Assembly: GCA_965205505.1 (NCBI GenBank)
Contig: CBDBHB010000006.1
Coordinates: forward strand, 384,001-448,000
Origin: Acidobacteriota bacterium
Lineage (GTDB): Bacteria > Acidobacteriota > UBA890 > WLXD01
DNA length: 64,000 nt
Direction: 5' to 3'
The position numbers and the translations under genes are program-made. Below the pieces are notes generated by a model that did no database searches, had not been told where the DNA came from, and saw only the letters and a program-made list of their open reading frames with translations. Of this stretch, positions 59,579 to 64,000 are shown piece by piece; position 1 is the first letter of the stretch; every line of letters begins with the position of its first letter.

Positions 59579-60166
59579 TCAGTCGCCGAGTCGGCTGTCG
59601 AGCCGCAACCAATGCGACGGTACGCCCAGGCGGCGCGCCTCCGCTCGCAGGGCACTTTCCAGGGCACGCCAGGCTCCTAGCTCCCGGCGATTCGCTGTCA
59701 GGCGGGCGGAGCCGTATCCGCTGCCTGCTCCGGGGCGGCTGCGTGTACGCTGCTGCCCAGCTTCCAGGCTCGAGATCTGCTCGCGCAGCCAAGCCATCTT
59801 CTCCTTCCAGTAAGCGCGGTCAGCCGGATCGAGATAGAAGCTCTCGGGCTGAGGCGCAGACGAGGCGATCGGGCTTCGTCGCTCGTGAACGCGCGTCGCG
59901 GGTCGCCGCGCCGGATTGCCATCAGCGGGTCGGGCGTTGATCGTGCGGGGCACAGACCCCGGAGAGCGACCGTCGTCGCGCCGGATCTGGCGCACGAGGT
60001 CGGCCGACATCGCCACCTCGACGCCGTAGGCTCGAAAAACCACCTTGCCGTTCTCGATGCGCGCATCCTCGACCTGCAGGACACGGCCGTTCGCAAGCCA
60101 GACCGTGTCGGCGGCGGCCGGTACGGTCACACTGGCGACGACCAGAACGAGGAGGAAGGTTCGCAT
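59579..60166 (-). CDS. Secreted hypothetical protein
   Basis: Signal peptide then ADTVWLANGRVL; C-terminal EARRLGVPSHWLR. Confidence 0.7.
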   Translation of the reverse strand: MRTFLLVLVVASVTVPAAADTVWLANGRVLQVEDARIENGKVVFRAYGVEVAMSADLVRQIRRDDGRSPGSVPRTINARPADGNPARRPATRVHERRSPIASSAPQPESFYLDPADRAYWKEKMAWLREQISSLEAGQQRTRSRPGAGSGYGSARLTANRRELGAWRALESALRAEARRLGVPSHWLRLDSRLGD

Positions 60167-60304
60167 GCCGGCAACCTTGCACCGGCGGATGCCGCGCCGT
60201 CTAGTGTGCTGAGTCAGGAATCCGTTGCATATTGCTGGGCCGAGATGGGAGCAAGCTCAAGGCGCGATGAGGAAACGCCCGCCGCCCCCGGGTACACTCG
60301 TGGC

Positions 60305-61924
60305 ATGCGCTTGCACTACGTTCGCCACCTGCCTGCCGTGGGTCTCGGCAACATACGGCCCTGGGCGCTACGGTGTGGCTGGGAGATAACCGAGACGCGA
60401 CCCTACGCCGGGGAGAGCTTCCCTGGCCTCGACGGCATCGACCTGCTCATCGTGTTGGGTGGCCCGATGGGAGCCTGCGACGAGCACGAGCACGCCTGGC
60501 TACTGACGGAGCTCGACTTCGTGGAGCGTGCCATCGAAGCCGGCACGAACGTCCTGGGAATTTGTCTCGGCGGCCAGATAGTCGCCCGCGCTCTTGGGGC
60601 ACGGGTGGTGCGCCATCGCCATCCCGAGCTCGGATGGCACGTGATCGAGCCGACCGTCGAAGGCAGCATGGACGGGCGCCTAGCGCCCTTCTTTGCCCCC
60701 GAGCTGGCCGTGATGCAGTGGCACTTCGACACATTCGATCTGCCTCGCGGCGCCGTTCACCTGGCCCGGAACGAGGCGTGCGAGAACCAGGCCTTCAGCT
60801 GGGGCGCCAACGTTCTCGGGCTGCAATTTCACCCTGAGATGACGCTTCAAGTTGTCGCCGATGTCTTGAAGCGCTACAACCCGCTGCCGGACGGAGAGTT
60901 CGTGACGAGGGCCGACGAGATGCTCTACGCGGCACGCTTCGCCACCTTGGCGGCAGCCAACGGCAGTTTTCTCGATGGCATGACCGGGCGGGTACGTGGC
61001 GAAGGTGACGTGGCGTCGGCGCCAGCTCACGCCAGCGGAGCGGCACCTAGCGCGGACGTACATCTCGTCGACGGCACGTACGAGCTGTTCCGGCATTTCT
61101 ACGCCTTGCCGCGAAGCCAGGACGGCGCGGGCTTGGAGGTCGGCGCAGTTCGAGGCGTGCTGGCCTCCATGCTCGGATTGCTACGTGACGGCGCGACGCA
61201 CATCGGCGTGGCAACGGACCATGTGATCGAGTCGTTTCGCAACGAGATGTGGGATGGCTACAAGCGCGGGGATGGCATCGATCCCGAGCTACTGGGGCAA
61301 TTCGAACCGCTCGAGCAGGCATTGGAGGCAATGGGCATCGTGGTGTGGCCGATGCGCAAGTACGAGGCGGACGACGCGCTCGCTTCCGCCGCTGCGTGCC
61401 TCACATCCGACAGCTCAGTGCGCCGCGTGCTTATCTGTACGCCCGACAAGGACCTGGCGCAGTGTGTGGTCGACGATCGCGTGGTGCAGCTGGATCGTCG
61501 GGCGCGGACGGTGCGGGGCGTAGCCGGTGTGCTGGAGAAATTCGGTGTGCTACCGGGCTCGATCCCCGACTACTTGGCGCTGGTCGGCGATAGTGCCGAC
61601 GGTTATCCGGGGGTGCGACGCTGGGGCGCAAAATCCAGCTCGACGCTCCTGCATCAATATGTTTATCTCGAGGCGATCCCGCGTCAGGCCGAGGCCTGGA
61701 AGGTCCAGGTAAGAGGAGCCCACAAACTGGCCGCCACGCTCGCCGAGAGCTGGGACGACGTGCTCTTGTTTCGTGACCTGGCGACGCTGCGCACCGACGC
61801 GATCGTTGTATCGGCCGAGGCCCTGCGATGGGAGGGTCCGACGGACCGGTTCGCGGCGCTGGCTGACGATCTCAGGTCTCCGCAGCTCGCTGAACAAGCG
61901 GCGAAGCTGGCCGCCATTCGGTGA
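60305..61924 (+). CDS. Class I glutamine amidotransferase-like domain fused to a 5'-3' exonuclease/flap endonuclease
   Basis: LGGPMG, GICLGGQ, LQFHPE; then VHLVDGTYELFRHF, YEADDALA, DKDLAQ, LVGDSADGYPG in the same frame. Confidence 0.85.
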   Translation: MRLHYVRHLPAVGLGNIRPWALRCGWEITETRPYAGESFPGLDGIDLLIVLGGPMGACDEHEHAWLLTELDFVERAIEAGTNVLGICLGGQIVARALGARVVRHRHPELGWHVIEPTVEGSMDGRLAPFFAPELAVMQWHFDTFDLPRGAVHLARNEACENQAFSWGANVLGLQFHPEMTLQVVADVLKRYNPLPDGEFVTRADEMLYAARFATLAAANGSFLDGMTGRVRGEGDVASAPAHASGAAPSADVHLVDGTYELFRHFYALPRSQDGAGLEVGAVRGVLASMLGLLRDGATHIGVATDHVIESFRNEMWDGYKRGDGIDPELLGQFEPLEQALEAMGIVVWPMRKYEADDALASAAACLTSDSSVRRVLICTPDKDLAQCVVDDRVVQLDRRARTVRGVAGVLEKFGVLPGSIPDYLALVGDSADGYPGVRRWGAKSSSTLLHQYVYLEAIPRQAEAWKVQVRGAHKLAATLAESWDDVLLFRDLATLRTDAIVVSAEALRWEGPTDRFAALADDLRSPQLAEQAAKLAAIR

Positions 61925-62009
61925 TGCGCACTTCGGCGTTGTCGGAGTCGGTGATGTAGCCACGCCCGGGTCCTTCTGTCGCCGCGGCTGAGCCTGCCGG
62001 GATGTGAGC

Positions 62010-64000
62010 CTATTCGGTCGTCGGCCCGTACCCTGCGCCGAATTGTCCTTGCGCCGCCGCACGCGCGCCCTGCACCCATTCCTCGAGCCGAATCCTGCCG
62101 ATCAAGCGGGGCTCGCGCGCCTCGATCCACTCGACGTCGCTCTGGTTCCAATCCGCGATCTGGTTGTAGGTAAAGATCCCGGTGGCGTTGAGAAGCTCGG
62201 CCGTCTTCGAGCCGATTCCCTTGATGGCCGTCAGATCGTCTCCCGTAGGGGGCTCGACGCGGAGTAGGGTGCGCATCTGCCGTCCCTCGATCTCGCGCTC
62301 GTGGAGCTCGCGGAGTAGTCGCTCGCGCGTATCGTCGCTGCGAATCATCTGCGCCTCGAGCGTCTCGATCCTGGCGTTGCGACGCTCGATGCGCGTCTCC
62401 GCCACTTCTGCGTCGTCCTTGGCATGCTCGGTCTGGAGCAGGTGCTCCGCCAGCTCGGCCTCGCGGTCGCGGAGCATACCGGCAATACCGTCGCGCTCGA
62501 GCTGCCGCTCGCGCAACCGCCGCTCGTAGCTGACCTCCATTTCGGCCATGTCGGCCTGCATGGATTCCGCCAGCGCTTGGGTTCGAGCCTGGGCGGTCTC
62601 GGCGGCTTGCAGCTCCGAAATCCGCGTTCCCAACTGTGCTTGTGCGTCTAGTGCCTGGGCGCGCTCCTGATCGAGCGTCGAACGCAAGCCCGTCACCTCC
62701 TGGTCGAGTCGCCGCACGGTCTCACCGGACGTTCGGATCTCCTCCAGCTGCGCCTCGAGCGTACGGCGTAGACGGTCCATCTCCAGGTCGCGCTCACGAA
62801 GCGACCGCTCCGTCGCTGCCGTGTGCTCCTCGACCTCTGCCTGGAGTGATTCGATGCGCTCGCGATCGTTTTTTACTTGCTGGTCGCGCCTTGCCAACAT
62901 CTCGGTTTGCTGGGCGGTGCGCTGCTCGAGGCGCTCGATACTCGAGTCGCGCTCCGCGAGGATCGCTTCAGCCTCTTCGGTCTGACGCTGATTCTGCTCC
63001 GTGAGCTCGGCAAGGAGGCGATCAAGCTCGACGCGTCTCTCGCCGTTCCGGGCCATGCGCGCCTCGAGTGCCAGGAGCGAATCGTTGAGCTCCTCGATAT
63101 GGAGGACATGGGCGCGCCCCTGCTCCTGGGTGTCGAGCAGGCGGGTCCCGACCGCGTCGGCGCGCGCCTGCATTTCCTTCAACTGCTGGTCACGGCGTTC
63201 GATCTGCACGACGTAGTCAGCCTCGAGGGTCCGCGCCTCGTCACGTGCCGCGCGCAGGGCCTCGGCGCGCTCCTGGAAATCTCCGGTTAGGGCCGCCAAG
63301 CTGGCAGCGAGCTCGTCGTGCTCGGCGGTCAGGTTGTCGATCCGGGTGTTCGCCTGGCGCAACTCCTCGCCATCGCGGTCGATGCGTTCACCCGAGCTTT
63401 GGCGCTCATCGCGAAGCCGTTGGATCTCCTCGGTGCGCTCCTCCAGTCTCTGGCGGAGTTGCTGGACCTCATCGGCTGGCTCGCGCACCTGCTGCCCGTA
63501 GCGCCGCTCGAGCTCGTCCAGCTCACCCTGGAGACGGGAGACGCGCTCGCCGCCGCCGCTGATCTGATCCTCCATTGCTGCCAAGCGCTGGGTGGCTTCG
63601 TCGCGCTCGCTGGTCAGCTGGGCACGCTCTTCCTCGCTCTCCGCGAGCTCCTGGCGCACTTCGGCGAGCCAGATCTCGACTTCGGTGGTTGCCTGCGGAG
63701 CGGCTTCGAGCTCGGTGATCCGCGCGTCGCGCCAGCGGATCTCATCGTCGTGGCGAGTCTCCAGATCGACGATAGTAATGTGCGCCTCCTCTAGCTCGGT
63801 GACCGCCGCTCGAATGTCGCCATCTCTCGACAACAGGCCGATTTCTTGTGAGCCGTTTTCCGCCGCGAGTGTGGCCGTGTTTGCTTGCGCGGCCTCGAGC
63901 TCCTGTTGCAACCGAGCGGTTTCTTCGTCGCGCGCCGCCAGAGTCTGTAGCGCCTCGCGCAGCTGGCCGCCCTGGTTGTTGAGTTGACCACCCAGCCTCT
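62010..64000 (-). CDS. Long coiled-coil protein with C-terminal helix-hairpin-helix domain (5' end outside window)
   Basis: Glu/Arg/Leu heptads; DDLTAIKGIGSKTAELLNATGIFTYNQIA; frame stays open to the window edge. Confidence 0.8.
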   Translation of the reverse strand, partial: RLGGQLNNQGGQLREALQTLAARDEETARLQQELEAAQANTATLAAENGSQEIGLLSRDGDIRAAVTELEEAHITIVDLETRHDDEIRWRDARITELEAAPQATTEVEIWLAEVRQELAESEEERAQLTSERDEATQRLAAMEDQISGGGERVSRLQGELDELERRYGQQVREPADEVQQLRQRLEERTEEIQRLRDERQSSGERIDRDGEELRQANTRIDNLTAEHDELAASLAALTGDFQERAEALRAARDEARTLEADYVVQIERRDQQLKEMQARADAVGTRLLDTQEQGRAHVLHIEELNDSLLALEARMARNGERRVELDRLLAELTEQNQRQTEEAEAILAERDSSIERLEQRTAQQTEMLARRDQQVKNDRERIESLQAEVEEHTAATERSLRERDLEMDRLRRTLEAQLEEIRTSGETVRRLDQEVTGLRSTLDQERAQALDAQAQLGTRISELQAAETAQARTQALAESMQADMAEMEVSYERRLRERQLERDGIAGMLRDREAELAEHLLQTEHAKDDAEVAETRIERRNARIETLEAQMIRSDDTRERLLRELHEREIEGRQMRTLLRVEPPTGDDLTAIKGIGSKTAELLNATGIFTYNQIADWNQSDVEWIEAREPRLIGRIRLEEWVQGARAAAQGQFGAGYGPTTE

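Noticed and set aside
59885-60304. N-terminal extension of the 679-aa ORF
   Set aside because: Overlaps the opposite-strand gene 59579-60166; GATase similarity starts at ATG 60305

Overview
GC-rich bacterial chromosome segment whose gene content suggests Acidobacteriota (inference from the ADOP permease, BlaI/M56 pair, Hanks kinase-TPR and PDZ-GAF-PAS kinase). It carries housekeeping genes (hflX, HU, gltX, serS with two tRNA-Ser, galU, polA), an A-type cytochrome c oxidase operon in rearranged order, several hydrolases and a 3-keto-glycoside-type sugar oxidation cluster. Strongest signal: an IS110-family (IS1111-type) element at 39090-40494. Its downstream non-coding region contains a stem-internal loop-hairpin with a 9-nt segment complementary to the insertion site, i.e. 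a candidate bridge/seekRNA. That site is the terminal repeat of a structured ~275-bp MITE, which has a second partial copy at 21907-21971. Second signal: an apbE-doxX-Gfo/Idh/MocA unit in which the oxidoreductase carries a flavinylation-like DAVTTAT motif. Also noted: a likely ATA start for hflX, a three-gene ECF sigma operon frameshifted in every gene, a GATase/5'-3' exonuclease fusion and an AAC(6')-I-like acetyltransferase. All family calls come from motif recognition; no database search or folding program was run.
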